Source: Deltaproteobacteria bacterium (GTDB lineage: Bacteria > Desulfobacterota > Binatia > UBA9968). Taken from it: a stretch of 64,000 bases of DNA. A program made the position numbers and the translations under genes. Location: NCBI GenBank assembly GCA_016210115.1, contig JACQUW010000326.1, forward strand, positions 131 to 64,130. The letters are read 5' to 3'. Shown piece after piece: positions 33,960 through 42,920 of this stretch (positions are counted from its first letter, which is position 1; the number at the start of each line of letters is the position of its first letter). Below the pieces are notes generated by a model. It made no database searches. It had not been told where the DNA came from and saw only the letters and a list, made by a program, of their open reading frames with translations.

Positions 33960-34931
33960 TCAGGTAAGATACCCGTTTTGCCGGTAATATCTCCTGGCGC
34001 CGGCGTGCAGCGGAATTCCAAGCGCCGCGTCCTCCGTATCTCGACACAGCTTTTCCATGTCCAAAGAGCCGCTGTCGACGGGTATGAAATCTCTCCGCCT
34101 GTCGATCGCCTCGCAAATGGAATAGGCAACGCCCTCGTCCAGCCATTTATGCGTGATCAGGGGCCAGCCGCTGAAATCGATCGTCCTCACGTCTCTCGGG
34201 AGACTCTTAAAACGGGTTTTCGGTATGGCGGCGCCTTTAAAACCATACCTTTCCATCTCCCGTATGATCTTGGGTTCAAGCTCTACAAGTTCATAGCCGT
34301 TCGCGAGCGCCTCGTCTAACCATTTGGATATTCCTTCATCGAAAACCGCCCCTACTTGTCTGTTCAGGATGCTTTGCATGCGCCGGGGCGACGAGGGACG
34401 ATCGCATTCCTCTATCTCTCCGCCCCACTGCTTGATCCTTGCCGGAGAAAGCCCATAGAGAGAAAGAATCTTTGACACAGCATAGTAGGTCGCGTTATCA
34501 ACCCCGGCCAATCGAGTCGACACCCTCAGAGGAATCTTCCTGGCCGCGATCTCATAAAGAGACCTGATTTTCAAATCTCTGGAGACAGCAAAGGCAATCC
34601 TGTCCCAGGAGGGAAAACACGCCAGCGCCCGCAGAGGCAGTTTCTGCTTATAAATTCCCTTCCCCCGATACGCCATCGTAGCGATCGCCGACGGATTCAC
34701 GTAGGCGATATCCACGCGCCTCCTCGCGACCTCCAGCGGCGCCCGCATCCCACCCATGAGCCGCCCATTAACGGCCAGGCTCAAGCTCAGAGGCCTGTTG
34801 GCGCGACTGTCTTTTGAAGTGAAGGAGATCTTTAACTCGTCGCCCAAACTTGACATTTGTCTGGCGTACAACTCGGCGGCGATTTCGAGAGCTCCTTTAA
34901 CCCTGATCATGTTCGCTCTTAGTTTAACCAT
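33960..34931 (-). CDS. TAXI/NMT1-like SBP-fold protein without signal peptide
   Basis: Its internal pattern and the C-terminal LHAGARRYYRQNGYL resemble TAXI-type TRAP solute receptors. The N-terminus MVKLRANMIRVKGALEIAAEL is not hydrophobic. Confidence 0.6.
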   Translation of the reverse strand: MVKLRANMIRVKGALEIAAELYARQMSSLGDELKISFTSKDSRANRPLSLSLAVNGRLMGGMRAPLEVARRRVDIAYVNPSAIATMAYRGKGIYKQKLPLRALACFPSWDRIAFAVSRDLKIRSLYEIAARKIPLRVSTRLAGVDNATYYAVSKILSLYGLSPARIKQWGGEIEECDRPSSPRRMQSILNRQVGAVFDEGISKWLDEALANGYELVELEPKIIREMERYGFKGAAIPKTRFKSLPRDVRTIDFSGWPLITHKWLDEGVAYSICEAIDRRRDFIPVDSGSLDMEKLCRDTEDAALGIPLHAGARRYYRQNGYLT

Positions 34932-34935
34932 CGCG

Positions 34936-35523
34936 CTACGAGATCTTAATGGAATTCGCGTTCGCTACCCTGACGTTAAAATTGTAGGCGGACGACCTGA
35001 ACTGGCTGAGAGCAAAGACTTGCCCTTCGGGCCGGATGGCGTGGATGCAATCCTCCGGCACGACGACAAAGTAGTTCCTGATGCTGAACCCGATGACTGC
35101 ATGGTAAACACAGTTGCTCGATCCTATCCCCGTCACGACGATGGTGTCGCGGCAGGGCTGTAAGTCCAGATTCTGCAATACCGCCTCCATCCGGGTTCTG
35201 TAGAAGCAATCATGCGATGATTTTTGGACGACGGTTTCCGTCGGGAGAGGCTTCAGTTCTTCAACGAACTCCACGCCCGGATTGCCCTCGAGAAGATGAA
35301 CCTTCCTTCCAAAGACGGTAAATTCCGGATGGTCCACAGCGCGCACCGACTGCACGTGAATGATTTTTCCATCCGCTTCGCGAAACCGGTTGAGAAGTGA
35401 CTGTATCTTGTGAATGACCGGCCGAACCCCCGGCCCGTGCTTCTCACAACCTTCCTCCTGCATATCGACGATGACCAGTCCGAAGGAGCCCTTCGGAAGG
35501 TTCATGCGTGTTTCATTATTCAT
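34936..35523 (-). CDS. Isochorismatase-family cysteine hydrolase (amidase-type)
   Basis: The D-K-C triad context is FGLVIVDMQ, VVQKSSHD and VTGIGSSNCV. The start overlaps the upstream stop (ATGA). Confidence 0.85.
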   Translation of the reverse strand: MNNETRMNLPKGSFGLVIVDMQEEGCEKHGPGVRPVIHKIQSLLNRFREADGKIIHVQSVRAVDHPEFTVFGRKVHLLEGNPGVEFVEELKPLPTETVVQKSSHDCFYRTRMEAVLQNLDLQPCRDTIVVTGIGSSNCVYHAVIGFSIRNYFVVVPEDCIHAIRPEGQVFALSQFRSSAYNFNVRVANANSIKIS

Positions 35524-38500
35524 AAACTCTCTCCGATCCCGTCCCGTCTCCGGCGGAGAACGCCCCGACGTTCTTCTGTGGCTTCCAAATCGACCTGCTG
35601 GCCACCGTCAGTCAACGCGACTCCGTAAATCGCATAGGCCGCCTCGCGCGACACCAGTCCGTCTCTGATGTCTTTCAGTACCGCGTCAGGCGCCCTCTCT
35701 AGGGGGTCCCCGTATCCACCGCCCATGGCGACTCGCATGTAGAGGACGTCGTTCTTAGTTAATTCGAAATCACAACACCCCAGTTCTCTCGCCCGGCCGT
35801 TGATCTCAGCCATATTCACCGGCGCCTTATTCGCGGCAATCAAGCGCTCCACGTTGGTATCTTCCCACAAAGTCAGCACGCTCGGAGCGCCCGCCCAACC
35901 GCCAAAGATCCCCTGTCCGGAGTTGCCCGATCCGGTTACGCCGTAAGCAACGCCCGTGATCTTTCCTTCCGGAGCCTTGTGCAAGATATGCGCTGTTTCC
36001 GCTCCCGCGCCGCCGCGAAATTTTCCCGCGCCACCGCCGTCCACCACATGGCGCCGAAACAGGTACAGGATGGGAAAGTTGAGCTCGAACCATTCGACAT
36101 TGGGACAGCTCATAAAATTCCCGCCCCCAGAGTCTATGCCGTCCGCGAAGGAGCGCGCCCCGGTGCCGTCGAGCGCGCCATGCGCCATATTGAACACGCA
36201 GTACTTGCCGGCCTGATTGAGGCCCGCATGTTTTGCGTTGCGATGGCCTGCGTTCACCGCCATCACCTCCTTTTTCCACTTTTCGCTCCTCGCGAGCATT
36301 TGCATCAATGCAGACCTCGCGAGGTATCGAACGGTGTGGCCGGAAGACGTCGTGTTCAAAGAGACCGGGCCGGGGTAGCGGACATTGACGAGCGTTCCTT
36401 CCGGAGCCGCGATATCCAAAGGCCGCAAGAGCCCGTGATTTTTCGGAATATCGTATGCCAGAACAGGCAAGAGCGCCGCGAAGCACCAGCCAAAGGTGGC
36501 GTGGCGGGCGAGATTGACCCCTCGTTTTGCCTGTCTGTCCGTGCCTTCGAAGTCGAACAGCAAATGGTCGCCTTGTTTGTGGAGTGTCAACGTGACATTC
36601 AACGGTTCGTCCGCCTCGACCACGCTGCGCTCGGTCCACGAGCCGTCCGGCGCCTCTCTGATCCGTCCTCTGAGAACAATTTCCGAGTAGCGGATCATTT
36701 CGCTCGCCACGGCATCCAGAAGTTCGGCTCCGTAACGGCCGTACATCTCTTGCATCCTCGATCTCGCGACGTTATTTGCGGCGATTTCACACTTGAGATC
36801 GAGTCCGACCATCACGGGATGGCGGGTCATATGGATGATCGTCTCGAAGACATCTCTCCTAAGCGTTCCTTTCTCCACCAGTTTAAGGCCGGGTATTCTG
36901 ATTCCCTCGTGAAAAATTTCCGTTGCGCCCGGTGAATCGCCGCCGGGAGACATCGCCCCGATATCCGTGACATGCACGAATGTAGCGCTCCACGCAACGA
37001 GGCGGTCTCCAACATGGATAGGTGATATCATGTAGACGTCGCTCTGATGGATGGCCGCAAGGTAAGGATCATTGAGGAGAAACAGATCGTCAGGAAAAAT
37101 TTCTCCATCAAATCGTTCGATAATTTTTTTTACGGCAAAGCCGGCGCAGGCGACATGCTGCCCCATCGTGCTGCCCCCGGCCAAAATGTCCCCGTTGGCC
37201 CGGTAAAGCGCGGCCATGTAGTCGCGCTGTTGCGTCGTATTGACGGTGCCGCCCACGCGCTCGAGCGTTGTCGCCGTTTCATTGGCGATCTGATGGAGCC
37301 TGTGGGAAATGACTTCGAACGTGATCGGATCGATATCTTTAAGGAAGGAATCCATGCCTGCCTCATAAGCGCCTACCGATATCCGCACGTTTCGAAATTC
37401 GTCGAGAGTTGCGCAGTCCGGCGGGTTGATGACGATCGTGGTCACGGGAGTTTCAATCACCGCCGGCCCCGCGATTTCCGCTCCCGGCGTCAAGCGCCCG
37501 AAGTCGTAAATCGCCGTCTGGACAAAATCTCTATATTCCTCAAAGTATACGGGCCTGTTCGTTTTGAGCGCATCGCGCGCCGCCGCGCCCGTCGATCGTT
37601 GCCTGCAAATCGCGGGCTTTTTTAATCTGCCGGCCGCAGCCAGCCGGAAATTCATGATCTCCTTGCCCGCCTCGCGATAGGCCGAGCCCTTGCCATAAAG
37701 CATCTCATAGGCCGTGTCAAAGCGCTCGTACAGTTCCTCCAGGTTCTGTTCTGTCAGCTCTGCACCTCCTGGATCGAGACTCACGTTCACCTCGTGAACC
37801 TGGTGACGATAGCGCATATCCACGCTTCGAGAGATCGTGATCTCTTCATTACGGAAACCGGCGGCCGTAAGATCACTCAACGCCTTGCCGATAAGACCGG
37901 AAAAATTCTCATTGACCTTTCTCACGTCGGCCGGAACGAGAAGGTGATCGGATTTACCGTATTGATAGACGACGTCCGATGTGACAAGGCCACTGGCTCC
38001 GTGCACGGAAGCCGTCAAGGGAATGATCACCCGCAGGATTCCGAGTTCCGCGGCGTATCGACTTGCGTGAACGGGCCCGGCGCCGCCATAAGCAAACAGG
38101 ACATATTTTCTCGGATCACGGCCTTTCTCGACGGTGGCCTTCCGAATGAGATCGCTCATGTGCGAATTAGCGATCAGATAAATACCGCGCGCGGCCTCGA
38201 CTTCGTTTAGCCCCAGCGGCCTGGCAATTTTCTCCTTGAGAATTTCGACCGCTCTGCTCTTATCCAACCGTATCTTACCGCCCAGGAAGTAAGCTTCATT
38301 GAGATACCCCAGGATCAGAGCAGCGTCTGAAACGGTCGGCTCTGTTCCTCCCCGGCCATAACAGACGGGTCCCGGCTTGGCGCCCGCCCCTTGAGGGCCG
38401 ACCTTCAGGAGCCGCCCCTCCGGATCAATCCACGCGATGCTCCCCCCGCCGGCGCCGATGGACTCGATCCAAATTTTCGTGGATAAGATATTGTGCCTGG

Positions 38501-39467
38501 CGATAACGGGTTTGTAGTCCTTCTCGATCATTCCATCCGTCACCAGACTGACCTTGAAAGTTGTCCCTCCCATGTCGGTCGCAAGGATATTGGGCTCTCC
38601 GAGAAGCTGCCCCAGAAACTGGCTTCCCACGACCCCTGCGGCAGGGCCCGATTCGATGCTGCCGACGGCGTTTTTGCAGCTTGCGTCGATGCCCAAAACG
38701 CCCCCATAGGCCTGCATCACCAGCGGCTCCGCGCGAAGTCCCTTGTTTTCCAACAGCCCTTTGAGATTGCGCAGGTATACGGAAATTTTCGGACCGATAT
38801 ACGCGTTTATCACGGTGGTGGCCGTGCGCTCGTACTCACCAAGATAAGGAGCGACCTCGCTCGACAAGCTGACGAAAAGAGACGGATGATCCTCTTTGAT
38901 CCTGTCTCCTACCAGCTTTTCGTGGGAAGCATTGGCGATCGACCACAGGAGAGACACGGCAACGGACTCCACTCGCTTTGCCAGGAGCCTTTCGATAGCT
39001 TCGCGGATCTCATCGGTACTGAGGCGGATCAACACGGTCCCCTGGTGATCCACCCGTTCGGTAATCTCTTCGATAAGGGATTTCGGCACGATCGGCTCGG
39101 GCTTGCACAACGCCGACAAGTGGGCCGCCTCGGTCTCGCTGAGTCCATCCCAGGTCTTGCCGCGCATCATCAGAATGATGTCCCCAAACCCTCTAGTTGT
39201 GACGAGGCCGGTCTTGGCGCCGGCGCGGGTAATAATCGTATTGTCCCCGACAGTACAGGCGTGAAAAAAAATGAGCGTCGATTGAACCAGCTCGTTCTCG
39301 CTGCGCAATCCAAGAATCCTGGCCGCTTCGCGAACGGCATCGATGACCCCAACCGAAAAGTCGTCCGGCGTTGAAAGGGCCTTCGCGATCGTTTGATTCC
39401 CCGCTTCATCGAGAACCACGCAATCGGTAAAAGTCCCGCCGATATCAACGCCGACAATATAATTCAT
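35520..39467 (-). CDS. Fused hydantoinase/oxoprolinase A (HyuA) and B (HyuB), ATP-dependent lactam/ketone-activating enzyme family
   Basis: The N-terminus VGVDIGGTFTDCVV starts the HyuA domain, and DPITFEVISHRLHQIANE starts the HyuB domain mid-protein. The product is 1315 aa from ATG 39467. The ORF extension to GTG 39557 is encoded by a REP-like hairpin and was rejected. Confidence 0.9.
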   Translation of the reverse strand: MNYIVGVDIGGTFTDCVVLDEAGNQTIAKALSTPDDFSVGVIDAVREAARILGLRSENELVQSTLIFFHACTVGDNTIITRAGAKTGLVTTRGFGDIILMMRGKTWDGLSETEAAHLSALCKPEPIVPKSLIEEITERVDHQGTVLIRLSTDEIREAIERLLAKRVESVAVSLLWSIANASHEKLVGDRIKEDHPSLFVSLSSEVAPYLGEYERTATTVINAYIGPKISVYLRNLKGLLENKGLRAEPLVMQAYGGVLGIDASCKNAVGSIESGPAAGVVGSQFLGQLLGEPNILATDMGGTTFKVSLVTDGMIEKDYKPVIARHNILSTKIWIESIGAGGGSIAWIDPEGRLLKVGPQGAGAKPGPVCYGRGGTEPTVSDAALILGYLNEAYFLGGKIRLDKSRAVEILKEKIARPLGLNEVEAARGIYLIANSHMSDLIRKATVEKGRDPRKYVLFAYGGAGPVHASRYAAELGILRVIIPLTASVHGASGLVTSDVVYQYGKSDHLLVPADVRKVNENFSGLIGKALSDLTAAGFRNEEITISRSVDMRYRHQVHEVNVSLDPGGAELTEQNLEELYERFDTAYEMLYGKGSAYREAGKEIMNFRLAAAGRLKKPAICRQRSTGAAARDALKTNRPVYFEEYRDFVQTAIYDFGRLTPGAEIAGPAVIETPVTTIVINPPDCATLDEFRNVRISVGAYEAGMDSFLKDIDPITFEVISHRLHQIANETATTLERVGGTVNTTQQRDYMAALYRANGDILAGGSTMGQHVACAGFAVKKIIERFDGEIFPDDLFLLNDPYLAAIHQSDVYMISPIHVGDRLVAWSATFVHVTDIGAMSPGGDSPGATEIFHEGIRIPGLKLVEKGTLRRDVFETIIHMTRHPVMVGLDLKCEIAANNVARSRMQEMYGRYGAELLDAVASEMIRYSEIVLRGRIREAPDGSWTERSVVEADEPLNVTLTLHKQGDHLLFDFEGTDRQAKRGVNLARHATFGWCFAALLPVLAYDIPKNHGLLRPLDIAAPEGTLVNVRYPGPVSLNTTSSGHTVRYLARSALMQMLARSEKWKKEVMAVNAGHRNAKHAGLNQAGKYCVFNMAHGALDGTGARSFADGIDSGGGNFMSCPNVEWFELNFPILYLFRRHVVDGGGAGKFRGGAGAETAHILHKAPEGKITGVAYGVTGSGNSGQGIFGGWAGAPSVLTLWEDTNVERLIAANKAPVNMAEINGRARELGCCDFELTKNDVLYMRVAMGGGYGDPLERAPDAVLKDIRDGLVSREAAYAIYGVALTDGGQQVDLEATEERRGVLRRRRDGIGESL

Positions 39468-39492
39468 AGAATCATCTGCCCCTTTGACTCCG

Positions 39493-39527
39493 AGATCCCC
39501 TCTTTGAAAAAGAGGCGATAGGGGATT
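39493..39527. repeat. REP-like palindromic element
   Basis: GAGATCCCC-TCTTTGAAAAAGAGG-CGATA-GGGGATTTTC has an inner 7-bp stem CCTCTTT/AAAGAGG and an outer stem ATCCCC/GGGGAT. Confidence 0.5.
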
Positions 39528-39553
39528 TTCCGAGCTCCGCTGCGATTCATACG

Positions 39554-40633
39554 TCACTTATAGTACTTCGCCATCTGGTTCTCGACCCTCGATTTCGCGC
39601 AGGCCTCCTCGAACATCCGGCGCACGACTGGATCTTCGTCTTCATATTCGATTTGCAGTCCGCCTGTCTTGACGTCCGCATCCATCTCCCCGGGGTCGGA
39701 TGTCATGCCGTAGTATTTCTTGCTTCCCCATCGCAGTGCGAGATACCGCGCCGGCTCGGCTCCGGCGTTAAAATGCTGGTGAAACCAGTTGTTGGGAGGA
39801 ACAATCAAGCTTCCCGGGCCCCAATCGAACCGTTGATTGGGTTGACCCTGCGGCCACATGAGCGAGTACCCGCGGCCGCTGAGGATGATCACGTGAGCTC
39901 CGGGACCGTGGTAATGGGCTTTCTTGTAAGTTCCCACCGGAAACTGAGCCACGTGACCGCACAAGGTATTTTGCGAAATCTCCAGGCGGACCTGCGAGCC
40001 ACCGGCCCCTCTCTCCTTCCATTCGATCAGGTCCATGTTTCTTACATCCGCAACAAAATTCGTCTCCCACATCCGGCCCTCATACCAGAGTCCGGGACGC
40101 GAGAAATAATCCTCTTCCGAGCTGTAGCGATCTTTGAAAACAAAGTCGCAGTTGAAGATAAAATCCAAATTGTGAATCAGGTTGATCATGATCGGCGCGC
40201 TGGTCACAGCGATATAGCGGGCCGGCTCGCTGCCGCTCCCGTTGAAATGCTGGTGCCATGCGTTCAGCGGCGCGGAAAAGAGCGCGCCCTCCTGCCATTC
40301 GAACGTGCGCTTCGGCCCGCCCTGATTCCAGACGGTAGTGGCGCCCTTCCCGCTGATGACATAGATCAGCTCTTCGAAGAAATGCTTTTGCGGCTTGAGA
40401 CCCTGACCCGGAGCGATCTCACAGACGTAGGCGTCGTTCGTCTCGCCGGCGCCTTCTAGACAGATGCGCGCCGCAAGCCCGCCTTTGCGGCCCCACGGCT
40501 GCAGCGGAACCTTTTTGAGGTCCTCCATGAAAAATCCTTCGATCAAGGGGATTCCCTCAAGCTCCAGCCACTTCCGATAGGAGCTCTTCTTCTCGGGAAG
40601 CGGCGGCTTTTTAGCAAAGTTGGATTCGGACAT
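39554..40633 (-). CDS. Bicupin protein, gentisate 1,2-dioxygenase-like
   Basis: There are two cupin modules, each ending W(F)HQHFN. The C-terminal module has HYH..H..WFHQH, while the N-terminal one reads QKH. ATG 40633 with GAGGGGG upstream is preferred over the ORF start 40825. Confidence 0.8.
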   Translation of the reverse strand: MSESNFAKKPPLPEKKSSYRKWLELEGIPLIEGFFMEDLKKVPLQPWGRKGGLAARICLEGAGETNDAYVCEIAPGQGLKPQKHFFEELIYVISGKGATTVWNQGGPKRTFEWQEGALFSAPLNAWHQHFNGSGSEPARYIAVTSAPIMINLIHNLDFIFNCDFVFKDRYSSEEDYFSRPGLWYEGRMWETNFVADVRNMDLIEWKERGAGGSQVRLEISQNTLCGHVAQFPVGTYKKAHYHGPGAHVIILSGRGYSLMWPQGQPNQRFDWGPGSLIVPPNNWFHQHFNAGAEPARYLALRWGSKKYYGMTSDPGEMDADVKTGGLQIEYEDEDPVVRRMFEEACAKSRVENQMAKYYK

Positions 40634-40721
40634 TTTTCCCCCTCTTAATGCTGCCGTCGGTCGGGCGCCACGGAATGATCCTGCTATGTCGTCTCGACGG
40701 AGACCGTCTCGTTGAATATGC

Positions 40722-41783
40722 CTATTTTTGCAGGCCGAATAGCGATCGGAAGCGATCCATATGCCCTTTGATGTTCTCTCCTTGCTCCAGCCGGAGCGGC
40801 GTAAGCTTGAGGCGACGCCTATCAAGCTTGGGCGTGAGAGGTTTCAGGTCTGATCTGGAAGGTATCCGCTGCAGCCTCTGAAGCACCTGCTGCCCCTCAC
40901 TCGACAGGACATAATCGATAAGAAGCTTTGCAGCGTTCGGATGTTGCGGTTTTGCCCCCAGACCAATCACCCCGGTCGAGGAAATGATCGGATCCATGGT
41001 GGAGACCCACTCGATGGGGGCTCCTTGCGTCTTCATGAACTCGACGCGATGGACATAAGCGAACGCCATGGGCATTTCGCCCGCGACGACGAGCTGAGAA
41101 AGAAGCGTGTGCCCTTTGCGAAACTGAATATCCTGGCCGGCAAGCCTTTGGAAGTAAGCGAGAGCCTTCTCAGCGCCCCGCCTGTTTTCGAGTCCCAGAT
41201 ACAATTCATAGTCTGCGGGGTCCATTCCGATGTTGCCCTTCCACCTCGGATGGAGAAGATCGTCCCAATCTTTGGGAGCGTCGAGCTCCGAAATGAGTCG
41301 TGTGTTATAGGCGAGCACCGTGATCCTGTCGTCGGTGGACGTCCACAGCCCGTTTTCATCTTTCCAGCCCCGCCCGTAAGCCTTTCGCTCGGGCGAATCG
41401 TACGACTGCAAAAGTCCCATTTTGATCGCCGGATACATATCGACCCCGGTCGCTCTGATGACGTCGTACCCGTAATTTCCAGATCGCGCCTCCGCAAACA
41501 CTCTGTTTAGAAACTTCTCAGTGCTCAACCTGAGTACTTCAACCCTGACAAACGGGTATCTATTTTGGAAATGTTTTGCCAGATCATTGGCTTCGGTGAC
41601 GGTGCTGTACCAAACAACTTTACCCTCGCGCCTTGCCCCCTCTTCCCACGGATTTGAGGCAAACACAGATTGCGAGAAGAAGATTGTCTCAGGCAGAAAA
41701 ATATAAACGAAAAAAAGAACAAGAGCCCCTCGACCGAAAATCGCCGCCTCTGACCTCATCCGTCTTCTGAAAATACAATGCAT
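40722..41783 (-). CDS. Periplasmic SBP, family 1 (iron(III)/polyamine-type, SBP_bac_6-like)
   Basis: It has a hydrophobic N-terminus. The segment EGKVVWYSTVTEANDLAKHFQNRYPFVRVEVLRLST is typical of FbpA/PotD-like binding proteins. Confidence 0.7.
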   Translation of the reverse strand: MHCIFRRRMRSEAAIFGRGALVLFFVYIFLPETIFFSQSVFASNPWEEGARREGKVVWYSTVTEANDLAKHFQNRYPFVRVEVLRLSTEKFLNRVFAEARSGNYGYDVIRATGVDMYPAIKMGLLQSYDSPERKAYGRGWKDENGLWTSTDDRITVLAYNTRLISELDAPKDWDDLLHPRWKGNIGMDPADYELYLGLENRRGAEKALAYFQRLAGQDIQFRKGHTLLSQLVVAGEMPMAFAYVHRVEFMKTQGAPIEWVSTMDPIISSTGVIGLGAKPQHPNAAKLLIDYVLSSEGQQVLQRLQRIPSRSDLKPLTPKLDRRRLKLTPLRLEQGENIKGHMDRFRSLFGLQK

Positions 41784-41856
41784 ATCGCCTCCTTAGTCAA
41801 TGCGTATTCACGGCAACCCGGAGCAACGCCTGGAGGTATTCTTTAACGGCGGTAAG

Positions 41857-42828
41857 CTATCGCGAACCTTTGGCAACTTTTTCGATGAACCCTTCGTCAA
41901 TTAGTTCCTGAACAAGCGCGTTATCGTAAAACTCCTCGGCCCGGCGCCCGCCCGCCTTTATCTCGGGCGCGGCATTGTAGACACTGATCGAGTCCGTTAG
42001 CGGGACCAGAGCAGTATTGGCCGCGTAATAGTGATGGGTTCGGGAGAGCTGCTCCGGATCATTCATTTTCGTATATTTTTGGGTGACCCGGACTGAAAAA
42101 TCCGTCTTTTGTTTGTAAAGAGCGAGCCCCTCGACAAAACTCATAAGAAATCTCTTTGCTTGAGGCCTGTTCTGGGCCAGGTAAGAACGTTTGGCGACTA
42201 TCACCGAGGCGGGATATTTGATGCCTAGGCTTCCGAGATCGGCCAGGACCTTGAGGCCCAACGAGTTTACTTCAAAGAGAACTGGAGGCGCGAAAACGGT
42301 CGCCGCGACTTGCCCGGACCGCAGCGCCATAATCCTTTGAGCGTCGGGGCCTCCCTGAAGAAATGTCATATCGTTAGGGCCAAGACCTAACTTTTCAAAT
42401 GCCAGACGGGCCGCCAGTTCCGTAATGCCGCCGAGGCGCGAAACCGCGATCCGTTTACCTTTGAGATCTCCGGCAGAGCGAATGTCTTTGTGGACAACGA
42501 AGCTGTAAGGCATATAGCCGTAAGACGTAGCGATGATCGTCAGGTCTGCACCGCGAAGCGCGGCAAGAACCGGCAGGGTTCCCGAAAGGTTGGCAAACTG
42601 AAGCTCGTTGGCCAATAAAGCCTGAAGGTTAAGTGTGCCGCCGGAGATCATAATGAGATCTGCGTTGAAGCCATATTTTTTGAACAGATCGCCTTCCTGA
42701 GTGACCCACAATGGAGCATTGTATCCGGATGTGCCGGCATAGCTGATGCGAAGCGTCCGGGTCTGAGCACAAAGCGATCCGGTCAGCAAACTCCATGTCA
42801 TCGTGAGAATCAGGAACCGTAACAGCAT
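41857..42828 (-). CDS. Periplasmic SBP, NMT1/SsuA/TauA-like
   Basis: ATG 42828 gives the signal peptide MLLRFLILTMTWSLLTGSLCAQ. It is a paralog of 28419, 44675 and 62779. Confidence 0.8.
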   Translation of the reverse strand: MLLRFLILTMTWSLLTGSLCAQTRTLRISYAGTSGYNAPLWVTQEGDLFKKYGFNADLIMISGGTLNLQALLANELQFANLSGTLPVLAALRGADLTIIATSYGYMPYSFVVHKDIRSAGDLKGKRIAVSRLGGITELAARLAFEKLGLGPNDMTFLQGGPDAQRIMALRSGQVAATVFAPPVLFEVNSLGLKVLADLGSLGIKYPASVIVAKRSYLAQNRPQAKRFLMSFVEGLALYKQKTDFSVRVTQKYTKMNDPEQLSRTHHYYAANTALVPLTDSISVYNAAPEIKAGGRRAEEFYDNALVQELIDEGFIEKVAKGSR

Positions 42829-42920
42829 ATAAGTGCCTCGCTTTGTACGACCGTCACGGCCGTCCTTCCGTCTGCCAGTCCACATTATTCAGCTCTGTGC
42901 TTGAGACCGGCGCAGAACTT

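Noticed and set aside
35827-36935. 270-aa and 318-aa ORFs overlapping the hydantoinase B region
   Set aside because: They are out of frame or antisense to a CDS with clear HyuB similarity. Their composition is an Arg-rich artefact.
39468-39557. GTG 39557 start (GTGA overlap with the bicupin stop) for the hydantoinase
   Set aside because: The extension is encoded by a REP-like nested palindrome, and the conserved HyuA N-terminus starts at ATG 39467.
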